From NCBI GenBank assembly GCA_965652295.1, contig CBFGTS010000013.1, positions 1 through 64,000 on the forward strand: a stretch of 64,000 nt of DNA. Direction: 5' to 3'. Shown here in pieces: positions 27,934 to 37,380 of the stretch (the stretch's first letter is position 1; each line of letters begins with the position of its first letter). A program made the translations under genes and the position numbers. The DNA comes from an uncultured Haloferula sp. (GTDB lineage Bacteria > Verrucomicrobiota > Verrucomicrobiia > Verrucomicrobiales > Akkermansiaceae). The notes under the pieces are model-generated. The model had not been told where the DNA came from. It saw nothing but the letters and a program-made list of their open reading frames with translations, and made no database searches.

Positions 27934-29181
27934 TCACTCTTTCCGCTGCAACCTCGCCAGCCGTTCATCCGCCGTACGCAAGCTGCGGGTGATCGCGAGT
28001 TCCTTCTCCCCCCGCTCTCCGGCCACGCCACGCTCCATGCTCTCGCGCAGCGCGGTCGCCACAGCCTCGACCGCCGCCGCTTGGAAAAAAGGATCGTCCA
28101 CCGGCGCACCGGGCGAGACCTCGGGATCGAGGCTTTCCAAGATAAACTCGGCCAGGAACTGCGGCTGGCAGATGCGATACACTCTCAGACCGACAACGAA
28201 GAGGTCGCGAGCAACGTCGCGCATCGTACCCACACCGGCCACCTCCCAGCCACGGGCGAGTTCCAGCCCCGCCTCGACGAGGTCCGTCGTTTCCGCAATC
28301 CAATCGCCGCCGTCATCCATCGCCCCCGGGCGCTCGCAGAGAGCCCGCGCACGGGCATGCCGCGCTTTCACCGCGACCTCTGCGGCCTCCGGTGACTGAC
28401 GCTCCAGCGGAACAACCTCCGCCAGCACCTCGCACGGATCATCGCCGCGATGCAGCCTGGCGGCGGCACGCGTGACCCGAGCCCGCTCATCGCCCTTTCC
28501 TTCGAGCCATCGGATCGCCCGTCCGAACGATTCACCCGCTTCCTCCGTCCTGCCCGCATCCCGCAACGCCAATCCGCGGTTGTTCCACGCCACCGCCCGA
28601 CGCCAGAGCACGGGATCGGTCGCCTCCAAAGGTTCCAGCTCTTTCAGTCCGCGATCGTAGGACGCCACCGCTGCATCCGGCAGCGCGAGCATCCTCAGCG
28701 CGTCGCCGCGGTTGATCCAACCCGCCGCGAAGCCCCAGCGGAAAACAGGCTCGGCATCCAGCGGGAGCAATTCCCTCAGCCGGATCGCCTCATCAAGGTC
28801 CTCCAACGCCCGCTTCCCCTCCCCCAGACCCAGCCACGCGATGGCCCGGTTCGTGTGCAGGTTCGCCAACTCGTTGCGGGTCGGTTCGGTGGAGAGATCC
28901 AAGCTCGGGGTTTCGGCAGCTCCCAGGTCGTAGGCCCGCATCGCTCCTTCGGCATGACCAACGTCGCGCAGCAGGTTTCCCAGTGCCATCGCCAGCCCCA
29001 GCCGGATCGCAGCACAAACCGGACCTGCCGCGCCATTGAGATAACCCAGCGCCGCCTCCAGCTCGGCCACGGCTTCCTCCAGATCCTCCGGCGGCGGGGC
29101 ATGACGCCATTTCTCCAACACCGCCAGGACCTCCGTCAGCGAGGAGGCCTGCCCGTCACGATGCCGGAAAACCTCGGCCAT
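27934..29181 (-). CDS. Tetratricopeptide repeat protein
   Basis: Repeated A.AW.NRG.AL...G....A...YD.A patterns. Confidence 0.75.
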   Translation of the reverse strand: MAEVFRHRDGQASSLTEVLAVLEKWRHAPPPEDLEEAVAELEAALGYLNGAAGPVCAAIRLGLAMALGNLLRDVGHAEGAMRAYDLGAAETPSLDLSTEPTRNELANLHTNRAIAWLGLGEGKRALEDLDEAIRLRELLPLDAEPVFRWGFAAGWINRGDALRMLALPDAAVASYDRGLKELEPLEATDPVLWRRAVAWNNRGLALRDAGRTEEAGESFGRAIRWLEGKGDERARVTRAAARLHRGDDPCEVLAEVVPLERQSPEAAEVAVKARHARARALCERPGAMDDGGDWIAETTDLVEAGLELARGWEVAGVGTMRDVARDLFVVGLRVYRICQPQFLAEFILESLDPEVSPGAPVDDPFFQAAAVEAVATALRESMERGVAGERGEKELAITRSLRTADERLARLQRKE

Positions 29182-29186
29182 GACGA

Positions 29187-30548
29187 TCAGCCCGCGGCAT
29201 CCGCGAGTTTCGCGAGGCTCTTGCGGTAATTCTCCAGCGAACCGCCCGGCCGCAGTGCCAGCGCTTCATCCACCGCCTTGAGAGCAGCTCCGAAGCGTGA
29301 CTCCGCCACGCGCAGCTTGGCGATTTCCACCCACGCATCCGCGGCGATTTCCTCCACCGCCGTCGCCCGCTCCAGCAACAGCCCGCCTTCACCCGTTTTG
29401 CCACGGGCAACCTCGTACTTGCCCAGCTCCAGCAGTGCCACGCCGTCAGTCGGATCCTCTTCGATCAATTTCGTCAATCTCTCCGCGCCCTTCTCCGGAG
29501 CCTCCCCGGAATCGATCTCCAGCTTGGCCTCGGCCAGCCGCAGCGGCCGCGGGGCTTCTCCCTCGACCTGCTCCTTCGCCTTCGCCAGCAGCGCCTTCGC
29601 CACCTCCCATTCCCGCACCGAGCAAGAAAATCCGAGCACCGCCATCAGGCGCGGATCGGTCGGTTGGACTTCCACCGTGAATGCTTCCTCGACCAAGGCA
29701 AGTGCCTCGTCAGGGCGCAGCTCACGCAGGTTCAGCTCGGCCAGCAACAGCAGCCCGTCGCCGTCCAGACGCTTCAACCGCCGCGGTAGCTCGAGCGCTT
29801 TCACCGCCTCGGAAATCCGCCCGAGCTCGATGAGCAGACTCGCCTGAAGCACCGCGTAGCCGGATTCCTCCGGGCGCTGGCGGATCACCTCGTCGAGCAA
29901 GGCAACCGCCTCGTCCCGCGCCTCAAGATGCTGCAAGCACTGGGCGATGCCGGCTTTCCACTCGACTGCATCCGGTTCGCTAACCTGCGCCATGCGATAC
30001 GCCTGCAACGCACTCGCCCACTCGCCGTCCTGCAAGCGGCAATACGCCAGCAGCCCGTAGGTGGAGCCATCGGAGTCGCCCAGTTTGATCGCCTCGATCA
30101 GGTGCTTCAGCGCCTCCTCGTTCTTGTCCTGGCGCACCAGCACGACCCCGAGATTGCGATGGGCGCGGCGGAACGAGGGATAGCTTTCGATCGCCTCGCG
30201 GTAGGCCTTCTCCGTCTCGTCCAGATCGCCTTCCTCGAAATACAGGTTGCCCAGATTGAAGGTCAGCGCCGCCGACTTCGCCGTGAGCGGGCTGCCCTTC
30301 AGCTTCGCCAGCGCCGACTTGCGGTTGCCACTGCCCATCAGCTTCTGCACCTCGACGAGAAGTCCGCGTTCTTCCGTGGAAACCGTCGGCTCGATCCGTG
30401 CCTCGATCCGGTAGCTGCCGTTGAACGACTTCACGAACGCATCGTCGCGCCAGAACGAGGTCGACAGCGGCAACGGCTCCGCGGCCTGCGCCAGACTGGC
30501 GATCAGCAGAAACAGGGTGGCCTGGAACTGGAAATACGGGACTTTCAT
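29187..30548 (-). CDS. Periplasmic TPR protein (TtpD-like) of the TonB operon
   Basis: Signal peptide, multiple TPRs, ATGA overlap with tonB. Confidence 0.85.
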   Translation of the reverse strand: MKVPYFQFQATLFLLIASLAQAAEPLPLSTSFWRDDAFVKSFNGSYRIEARIEPTVSTEERGLLVEVQKLMGSGNRKSALAKLKGSPLTAKSAALTFNLGNLYFEEGDLDETEKAYREAIESYPSFRRAHRNLGVVLVRQDKNEEALKHLIEAIKLGDSDGSTYGLLAYCRLQDGEWASALQAYRMAQVSEPDAVEWKAGIAQCLQHLEARDEAVALLDEVIRQRPEESGYAVLQASLLIELGRISEAVKALELPRRLKRLDGDGLLLLAELNLRELRPDEALALVEEAFTVEVQPTDPRLMAVLGFSCSVREWEVAKALLAKAKEQVEGEAPRPLRLAEAKLEIDSGEAPEKGAERLTKLIEEDPTDGVALLELGKYEVARGKTGEGGLLLERATAVEEIAADAWVEIAKLRVAESRFGAALKAVDEALALRPGGSLENYRKSLAKLADAAG

Positions 30549-31243
30549 TTCTTGATGACGATGGGCCATGACATGATGGCTTTGACTCTTTGGCCGTTCT
30601 TGGTCGGCGGGGTGAAGCGCGAGCCCGACGCCACCCGGCGCGCGGCGGAAACCAATTCCTGGTGGGTGGCCGAGATCACCCCCAGCACGCGCACGCCGCC
30701 GCTGTTGCTCAGCTCGACGCGCAAGGTCACGGTGCCCTGGCTCACGCCGCGCCGTGCCAGCGATGACGGAAAACTCGCCCGACCGTGCCGCAGCAGCCGC
30801 GGCTTTCCGTCGAGTTCATTGACCGAGTAGGTCGACTTCATCGCCGGCCTGGGCACCGGTTTCGGCTTCGAAGCGGGGCGCGGCGTCGATTTCACCACCG
30901 GGCGCGGCGCTTCCCGCACCACCGGCAACGGAGCCGGCGCGACGTCGGTGAAAAAAGGATCGACCGGCATCGTGATATCCATCGGCACGTCCGCTTTCGG
31001 GATCGGCACCATGGTCGGGTCCGGCACCTCGGCCACTTCCGTCAGCGCGGGCGGCGGCGGCGGGGCATCGGGCGGCGGCTCCTCCGGCGGAGGGGGTGGA
31101 GGCTCGGGCAGGGTGGCGATCTCGATCTCCCGCAGTTGGAGGTCGGGCGCTTTTCCGCTGGGCGTGAACAGGCGCGTGAGTCCCAGCAGGACGAGCAACA
31201 AGGCCGCCACCACCATGCCCACGACGATGCCCGAAAATTTCAT
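30545..31243 (-). CDS. tonB: Energy transducer TonB
   Basis: N-terminal TM, proline-rich linker, C-terminal FP...ARRGVSQGTV / RFTPPTKNG domain. Confidence 0.85.
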   Translation of the reverse strand: MKFSGIVVGMVVAALLLVLLGLTRLFTPSGKAPDLQLREIEIATLPEPPPPPPEEPPPDAPPPPPALTEVAEVPDPTMVPIPKADVPMDITMPVDPFFTDVAPAPLPVVREAPRPVVKSTPRPASKPKPVPRPAMKSTYSVNELDGKPRLLRHGRASFPSSLARRGVSQGTVTLRVELSNSGGVRVLGVISATHQELVSAARRVASGSRFTPPTKNGQRVKAIMSWPIVIKK

Positions 31244-31644
31244 TTCTCAGTCGCCAGGGAAACGGATTCCGCGCCGGCCAGCTTGGCGGCGTCGATGACT
31301 TTCACCGTCGATTCCGTCGGTGCCGCAGCATCCGCGCGGACGATCACAGGCATCTGCCCGTCTTCTTCCAGCAGCGTGGAAACCACCGCACGCACGCCGT
31401 CCATGCCGATCTCGCGCCCACCCTGCCAGACCCGGCCCTCGGAGGTCACCGCGATCAGAATGGCCTGCTTTTCCAAGTCCTGCGAACTCGCCGCACGCGG
31501 CTTCGAAACCTCCACGCCGGTCTCTTTCACAAAGACGGTGGTGACGATGAAAAAGATCAGCAGCAGGAACACCACGTCGATGAGCGGGGAGATGTCCACC
31601 GTGCTCACGGTGTCGCTGGTCGTACTGTGCCGGAATCGTCTCAT
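31240..31644 (-). CDS. exbD: Biopolymer transporter ExbD
   Basis: DISPLIDVVFLLLIFFIVT, VIVRAD. Confidence 0.93.
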   Translation of the reverse strand: MRRFRHSTTSDTVSTVDISPLIDVVFLLLIFFIVTTVFVKETGVEVSKPRAASSQDLEKQAILIAVTSEGRVWQGGREIGMDGVRAVVSTLLEEDGQMPVIVRADAAAPTESTVKVIDAAKLAGAESVSLATEK

Positions 31645-31662
31645 GAAATCTCCTTCCTGGCA

Positions 31663-31770
31663 GTGGCATGACCGTCCCGGTCATGAAAGGTGGTGGCCCG
31701 AACGACGAGAGCAGCCGTCACTTCCCGAATGCGAAAACTCAACCGTTCATGACCGGGACGGTCATGCCAC
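31663..31770. repeat. REPIN-like inverted REP pair between exbB and exbD
   Basis: GTGGCATGACCGTCCCGGTCATGAA at 31663-31687; inverted copy at 31746-31770. Confidence 0.9.
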
Positions 31771-31795
31771 TGGTAGGCTCTACGCGTCTCCCCTT

Positions 31796-32347
31796 TCATG
31801 CCGCTCCTCCCTTCAATTCCTCATGCAACTGCCGTTGCAGCTCCAAATGCGTCGAGTCCGCCTGGCGCTTCAACAGGGCCAGCAGGAACGCCGCCGGCAC
31901 CGCGATCACCAATCCGGCCTGGGTCGTGACCAGCGCCTTGGAAATCCCCGCGGAAATCGTGTCGATCGGTGCCGACTGGCCGCCGTTCGCCATGCCATCA
32001 AAGCTCACCAGCATCCCCGCCACCGTACCCAACAACCCGAGCAGCGGCGCGGCAGCAATCAGCACTCCGAGGAAAGGCAGCCGGCGCTCGACCCATGCCA
32101 CTTCTTCCAGCTCGAAGGTCGCGAAGCGCCGTGTCCACTCGCGCTCGCCCGGCTTTTCCCCGGCCCACGGCAGGCCACCGACGAGCACCGCCGGCGTTTT
32201 CCACGCTCCGGAATTCACCCGCGCCCGCAGCCGCCGGCCGTGCCACCAAACCACGAAGGCCAGCGAGTAGATCATCACCGCCAGCCCCAACAGCGCCCAC
32301 AGCGTGAGCCCGCCTTCGTTCAGCGTGGTGAGGATCGCGTTCTTCAT
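31796..32347 (-). CDS. exbB: MotA/TolQ/ExbB proton channel protein
   Basis: APLLGLLGTVAGM, GISKALVTTQAGLVIAVP. Confidence 0.9.
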   Translation of the reverse strand: MKNAILTTLNEGGLTLWALLGLAVMIYSLAFVVWWHGRRLRARVNSGAWKTPAVLVGGLPWAGEKPGEREWTRRFATFELEEVAWVERRLPFLGVLIAAAPLLGLLGTVAGMLVSFDGMANGGQSAPIDTISAGISKALVTTQAGLVIAVPAAFLLALLKRQADSTHLELQRQLHEELKGGAA

Positions 32348-32348
32348 G

Positions 32349-33842
32349 TCACTTCGAGCGCTGCGCGTTGACAAAGGAAAGCCCGAGCCGCTCGGTCGTC
32401 TGCACGATCCCCTGGCTGCGGCGGGAAAGGAAGGCGTGCAGAATCAGGGCGGGGATCGCCACGATCAAACCGAACAAGGTTGTGATCAAGGCTTCGGAAA
32501 TCCCGCCGGCCAGCGGCTTGGGATCGCCCGAGCCAAAGACCGTGATCAGGTTGAAGGTGCGGATCATGCCCGAAACCGTGCCCAGCAGCCCGAGCAGCGG
32601 CGCGGTCGCCGCGGTCACCGCGATCACCGGCAGCAGCGAAGAAACCTTGCTCTGCACCGTCATGAGCTGCTCGTAGAGCGTCTCTTCCACGACGTCCGCC
32701 GTATTTCCGGAAAGCTCGACCAGCTTGCGCATCACCCCAGCGACCGGGTGCGAGGGTTTCGCCGCCAGCTCGACGGCCTTGTCGCGATCCCCCACCCGCA
32801 GCGCGGCGAGGATGACGGTGACCCAGGCATCGCCCGGCTCGCGGTAGCCGGAGAAGCGGATGACCTTCAGAATGCCCAGCACCAGGCTGATCACCGCCAG
32901 AAAGAGAATCGGCCAAACCCAGAGCCCGCCCTTCTTCACCAGATCGACCGCGCCGCCGCCGACTTCCTCCAAAGCCCGCGCCTTGCCGCCCGTGACGTCG
33001 AGCCCCAGCTCGACTTCGCCGCCGCTGAAAAGACCCTCCGTCTGCTCATCGCCCACCACTTTCGGCAGGCTCTCGCCTCTTTCCCAAATGACCGCGCCGG
33101 AGACGCCGCCGCCCTCGAACCAAGCCAGCGGCCCCATTGCGGCGAAGCGGCCATCGACCACCTCACCCTCCGCGGTGCTGGCACGACCTTCGGCAATCGA
33201 GCCGCCCATGAGTTTCTCCAGCCTCTCCAGCGAGGCGTCCACGACCGTGAGCCGTTCCTCCAGCGCTGTCGCCGGATCGTCCGCCTCGCGGGCGAGCAAC
33301 TCTTCATCCACCGCCAGCTTCGGTTCGCCGGGACCTGCCAGCGTGCCGGTCTTCAAAGCATGATCCTTCAGCAGCCCGGCAAGGTATCCGGCATCCTGCC
33401 CGCGCACCGCTCGCTCGCGTTCGAGCTGTCGCATCGCCTGCTCGCGATCCTCCACCGCCGTCCGCGCGATCCGCACCAGCCGCCGCTTCTCCGCCAGTTC
33501 CTGCGCGATTTCCTCGAACTCCTTGGACATCGACGGCTTTTCCTCCGTGATCCCCGCGCGGACCGATTCCAGCGTCTGCAAGGCGGTCGCGAGGTCCTTC
33601 TTCGCCTCCTCCAACGCCTGCGGCACCGTCACCTGCGCCACCGCCGGCGACGCCAGCAGCACGATCGCAGCCAGACCCACCTGCCAGTGGCACGACCGTC
33701 CCGGTCGTGAACCCATGACGCCGCGGAACACCCTCTTAGAAAATCGCCCCAACCCAACATCCCGCCGCTCCCGTTCATGACCGGGACGGTCGTGCCACTG
33801 ACAGCCAAGGAGCGAGTGTCTTGATTGCTCGGTTTCTTTCAT
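32349..33842 (-). CDS. TtpC-like MotA/TolQ/ExbB protein with a long periplasmic N-terminal extension
   Basis: Signal-like LAAIVLLASPAVAQ, coiled coil, LDVTGG, APLLGLLGTVSGM, GISEALITT; start uncertain (33842 or 33716). Confidence 0.85.
   Translation of the reverse strand: MKETEQSRHSLLGCQWHDRPGHERERRDVGLGRFSKRVFRGVMGSRPGRSCHWQVGLAAIVLLASPAVAQVTVPQALEEAKKDLATALQTLESVRAGITEEKPSMSKEFEEIAQELAEKRRLVRIARTAVEDREQAMRQLERERAVRGQDAGYLAGLLKDHALKTGTLAGPGEPKLAVDEELLAREADDPATALEERLTVVDASLERLEKLMGGSIAEGRASTAEGEVVDGRFAAMGPLAWFEGGGVSGAVIWERGESLPKVVGDEQTEGLFSGGEVELGLDVTGGKARALEEVGGGAVDLVKKGGLWVWPILFLAVISLVLGILKVIRFSGYREPGDAWVTVILAALRVGDRDKAVELAAKPSHPVAGVMRKLVELSGNTADVVEETLYEQLMTVQSKVSSLLPVIAVTAATAPLLGLLGTVSGMIRTFNLITVFGSGDPKPLAGGISEALITTLFGLIVAIPALILHAFLSRRSQGIVQTTERLGLSFVNAQRSK
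33687..33798. repeat. REPIN-like inverted REP pair overlapping the 5' end of the ttpC-like gene
   Basis: GTGGCACGACCGTCCCGGTCGTGAA at 33687-33711; inverted copy at 33774-33798. Confidence 0.88.
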
Positions 33843-33850
33843 GGCGCGTC

Positions 33851-34588
33851 TCAATCTTGAATTTTCACCGGCAGCTCGACCAGTTCCGGCGGACGCTTGC
33901 GGTCCAGCTCGTCGAAAGCCTTGTTGATCTCCCCCGCCAGCTTCGGCCGGCTTTCCCATTTCCATCCGCCCGCGGCGGGCACGCCAATGCCGGCGTTTCC
34001 GCTACGGTCCGCATAGTAGGCCCGGGCCAGTCCAAGGTAGAGCACTTCGACCTCGCGGCCATCGCGCACCTCCGCCGCACGGCTCACCCGGCGATTGAAT
34101 TGCTCGGCCTTCGTCACCAGCCCGAGGATCGCCTGCAAGCCGTCGCGCGGCTCGTCGCCGGGCTTCCAGTCCTCCAGCGTGATCCGCTCCAGCTCCGCTT
34201 CCTTGGCCAGCGGTTTGGGAAACATCGCCGCCAATGCCAGCGCCCGATCGCGGTTGCGCGCCACCGCCTCGCCGGCCGCGCGGCGTGCCTGCTTCAGACC
34301 CGCAACCTCTTCCTCGGCCTCGTTCTTGCGCTCATCGTAGCCGCCCGCGGAAGTGCCGGATTTTTCCAGCTCCTCCGTCAAAAGCTCCAGCTCCCGGCGA
34401 TGCAGGCCGAGCAGCTCGTTCATCTCCCCTTTCCGCGCTTCCCACGCCGCACGCTCGGCCGAGGCCTGCGATTTCACATCGACGATCTTGGCGATCGTTT
34501 CCCGCAACTCGACGACCTGCGCGTCCGGCGCGGCTTCGGCCGAAAAAGCGACCAACCACATCCACAGACCCAAGCTCCATGTTCGCAT
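33851..34588 (-). CDS. DUF3450 family (TtpB-like) periplasmic protein
   Basis: Signal peptide, coiled coil, REVEVLYLGLARAYY, W.W, LVELPV; first gene of the ttpC-exbB-exbD-tonB operon. Confidence 0.8.
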   Translation of the reverse strand: MRTWSLGLWMWLVAFSAEAAPDAQVVELRETIAKIVDVKSQASAERAAWEARKGEMNELLGLHRRELELLTEELEKSGTSAGGYDERKNEAEEEVAGLKQARRAAGEAVARNRDRALALAAMFPKPLAKEAELERITLEDWKPGDEPRDGLQAILGLVTKAEQFNRRVSRAAEVRDGREVEVLYLGLARAYYADRSGNAGIGVPAAGGWKWESRPKLAGEINKAFDELDRKRPPELVELPVKIQD

Positions 34589-34664
34589 CGCCGTCTCGTA
34601 GTAATATCGCATAGGATTTGCAATAGCGGAACCGGGCTTCGGTCCGCACCCTTCCCGCTCAATC

Positions 34665-34681
34665 TTGCGAATGCGTCTCAT
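34665..34681. promoter_or_regulatory. Second Fur-box-like site, upstream of the TonB operon
   Basis: TTGCGAATGCGTCTCAT, 12/17 identical to the palindrome at 24891. Confidence 0.45.
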
Positions 34682-34914
34682 TTAGTTGCAGGCGTCTTGA
34701 CGGAACCCACCTTGCCGGTCAACTCCGAAGTCGGCCGTAACGGAGCACGGATGACGAAATCGGTACCGCCAGTTCCCGTGGTGAATCGGTGGTTTCTGGC
34801 GACTTTCCTACGCCAATTCCGACACCCCGAAGGGGCGATACCGATTTCATAATCGGCGCTCCTGCTTCCCCCGGGCTTGTGCCGACATTCGGTGAAACGC
34901 AGGATTCCCACGCC

Positions 34915-36147
34915 ATGCACGTCCCCACCTTGATTTCCCGCAAGCGCGATGGCGAAGCGCTCGGCAAGTCGGAGATCCGCCACCTGATCGAGGGATACGT
35001 GACCGGGACGGTGCCGGATTACCAGATGTCCGCCTTCGCCATGGCCGTTTTTTTCCGCGGGATGGATCCGGTGGAAACCGCCGCGCTCACCCGCGCGATG
35101 CTCGAGAGCGGCGATGTCTTCGAGCACCCCGCCGGCCCGCCCGTCGTGGACAAGCACTCGACCGGCGGCATCGGCGACAAGGTTTCCCTGCCGCTCGCCC
35201 CCCTGCTCGCCACCGCCGGCGCGCGCGTTCCGATGGTTTCCGGCCGCGGCCTGGGGATCACCGGCGGCACCCTCGACAAGCTGGAATCGATGCCCGGCTT
35301 CCGCACCGGCCTCTCCCTCGGCGAGGCACAGCGGCAGCTGGCCGAAATCGGAGTCTGCATGATGGGCCAGACCGAGCGCTTCTGCCCCGCCGATCGCAAG
35401 CTCTACGCGCTGCGCGACGTCACCGGCACGGTGGCCTCCATCCCGCTCATCACCGCCTCCATCATGTCAAAGAAGCTCGCGGAGTCGCTCGACCGCCTCG
35501 TCCTCGACGTGAAATTCGGCTCCGGTGCCTTCATGAGAACCGAGAAGGATGCCCGCAAGCTGGCCGACGCCATGATCGCCGTCGGTGCCGAAATGGGCGT
35601 GGAGGTGACGGCCCTTCTCAACCCGATGTCCGAACCTCTCGGCCGGGCGGTCGGCAACGCATTGGAAGTCGTGGAATCACTCGAATGCCTCGAGGGGGGC
35701 GGCCCGGCCGATCTCCGGAAGCTCGTTCTCGACCTCGCCGAAGCGGTCGCGCCCGTTTCCCGCGGTGAATTGGAGAAGCTCCTCGATAACGGCAGCGCGC
35801 GCGAGAAATTCGACCAGCTTGTTTCAGCCCAAGGCGGAAGCCCGGAGGATCTACGGCGTTTATCGGAGATCCACCGCGCCGATCTCATCCTGGAGATCCC
35901 CGCCCCGGATACCGGGACGGTGACCCGCGTCGATGCCGGCCTCATCGGCCAGGCAGCGCTCCAGCTCGGTGCCGGCCGGTCGCGCACGGACGATGGCGTC
36001 GACTTCGCCGTCGGTTTCGATCGCCTCGTCAAAACCGGCGAGCACGTTCATCAGGGCGATCCCGTCTGCCGCGTTCACTGCCGTCACAAGTCGGACTTCG
36101 ACATGACCGAGGCGCTCGTCCTCCAAGCCATCACCATCGATCCATGA
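34915..36147 (+). CDS. Thymidine/pyrimidine-nucleoside phosphorylase
   Basis: KRDG, DYQMSA, DKHSTGGIGDK, SGRGLGITGGTLDKLE, SIMSKK, DVKFGSGAF. Confidence 0.93.
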   Translation: MHVPTLISRKRDGEALGKSEIRHLIEGYVTGTVPDYQMSAFAMAVFFRGMDPVETAALTRAMLESGDVFEHPAGPPVVDKHSTGGIGDKVSLPLAPLLATAGARVPMVSGRGLGITGGTLDKLESMPGFRTGLSLGEAQRQLAEIGVCMMGQTERFCPADRKLYALRDVTGTVASIPLITASIMSKKLAESLDRLVLDVKFGSGAFMRTEKDARKLADAMIAVGAEMGVEVTALLNPMSEPLGRAVGNALEVVESLECLEGGGPADLRKLVLDLAEAVAPVSRGELEKLLDNGSAREKFDQLVSAQGGSPEDLRRLSEIHRADLILEIPAPDTGTVTRVDAGLIGQAALQLGAGRSRTDDGVDFAVGFDRLVKTGEHVHQGDPVCRVHCRHKSDFDMTEALVLQAITIDP

Positions 36148-36926
36148 AGGCGGGGAAAATCATCGGCTACACGATCCTCGCCGGATTCGCCGGCCTGTTC
36201 ATCTGGGGTTTCATGCGTCCGGCCAAAGTCCCCGCTTCACCCCGGCTCAAACAAGCGGAGGTCGATTTGGAGAAAATCGGCCGGCAGACTGAAGAGCGGA
36301 CCGATGCCCGGCTCGTCCAGCAACTCATTGGTGAGAACCTCGACAGCCGCCGGTTCAAGTTCGGCACCGTCATGGAAGCCGCTTCGGGGAAAAGGGTGCT
36401 CTCGTTGAACTCGGATCGCAACGCCCACGCACGGGTCGTGGAGGCGATCGAGACCGCGCTCGACGACGCCGCCACCACTCTCAGCCGGCCCGACTCCCCC
36501 GTCCGCGGGCTCCGCCGCATCAACGAGGCCTCCCGGTTTTTCGAAGATTTCCTGCTCGAAACCCTCGACGCCCAGCCCGACCTCTCCGCCAGCGTCCCGC
36601 TGACCACCGACGGCCGCCATCAACGCAGCGGTTACCCCGATCTCCGCATCGAACACCTGCCGACCCACACCGTTTTCTACCTCGATCCGAAGCTCGTGGA
36701 GGAAACCGCTTGGGACAGCACCCTGCGGACCTTCTACTTCGAGCCGAAGTCCCACAGCCTCAAGATCACCGAGGACGCCGTCCACCTCCTCGCCGGCATC
36801 CCCCACGATGGTCGTGATGGCCAGTGGACCTTCGGCAAAGCGAAGCTCGTCGACCTTTCCACCATCACCCTCCGCCTCAAGCCCGAGTTCCAAGCGTCCA
36901 ACGCGGATCTCTATCCAGAGGAGTAG
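36144..36926 (+). CDS. Membrane-anchored protein with a PD-(D/E)xK nuclease-like motif
   Basis: N-terminal TM; RINE..RFFED helix; SGYPDL...FYLDPK. Confidence 0.65.
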   Translation: MKAGKIIGYTILAGFAGLFIWGFMRPAKVPASPRLKQAEVDLEKIGRQTEERTDARLVQQLIGENLDSRRFKFGTVMEAASGKRVLSLNSDRNAHARVVEAIETALDDAATTLSRPDSPVRGLRRINEASRFFEDFLLETLDAQPDLSASVPLTTDGRHQRSGYPDLRIEHLPTHTVFYLDPKLVEETAWDSTLRTFYFEPKSHSLKITEDAVHLLAGIPHDGRDGQWTFGKAKLVDLSTITLRLKPEFQASNADLYPEE

Positions 36927-36984
36927 GAGATGGACGAGCACTCGAAGCCTTGCCCTCGCCGGAATCGTGCACGAGCTTCAGCAG

Positions 36985-37374
36985 ATGAAACTCCCCTTCC
37001 TTGCCCTCACGCTCGCCATGTTCACCTCATGCACCGTTCCCATGAGCGGGCCGGTGATCGAGAAAGTGAGTATCGACTCCGCCGAGCGGAAAATCGCGGA
37101 AGGCGCCCAGGTCCTCGACGTCCGCACCCGCGAAGAATGGGACACCGGCCATCTTGAGGAAGCCGTCCGAGTGGACATCAAAGAGCCTGGTTTCGCCGCC
37201 AAAGCAGCCGAAGCCCTCGATGAATCCAAGCCGGTCGTCGTTTACTGCCGCAGCGGAAACCGCAGCGCGGAGGCCGTCCTGGCGCTCAACAAAGCCGGCT
37301 TCGCCACTCTCTACGACATGGATGGCGGCATCACCGCATGGACGGAGGCCGGGAAGCAGGTCGTGCAGGAGTGA
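36985..37374 (+). CDS. Rhodanese-like domain lipoprotein
   Basis: Lipobox FTSC; LDVRTREEWDTGHL, VYCRSGNRS, MDGGITAW. Confidence 0.9.
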   Translation: MKLPFLALTLAMFTSCTVPMSGPVIEKVSIDSAERKIAEGAQVLDVRTREEWDTGHLEEAVRVDIKEPGFAAKAAEALDESKPVVVYCRSGNRSAEAVLALNKAGFATLYDMDGGITAWTEAGKQVVQE

Positions 37375-37380
37375 TGACAG

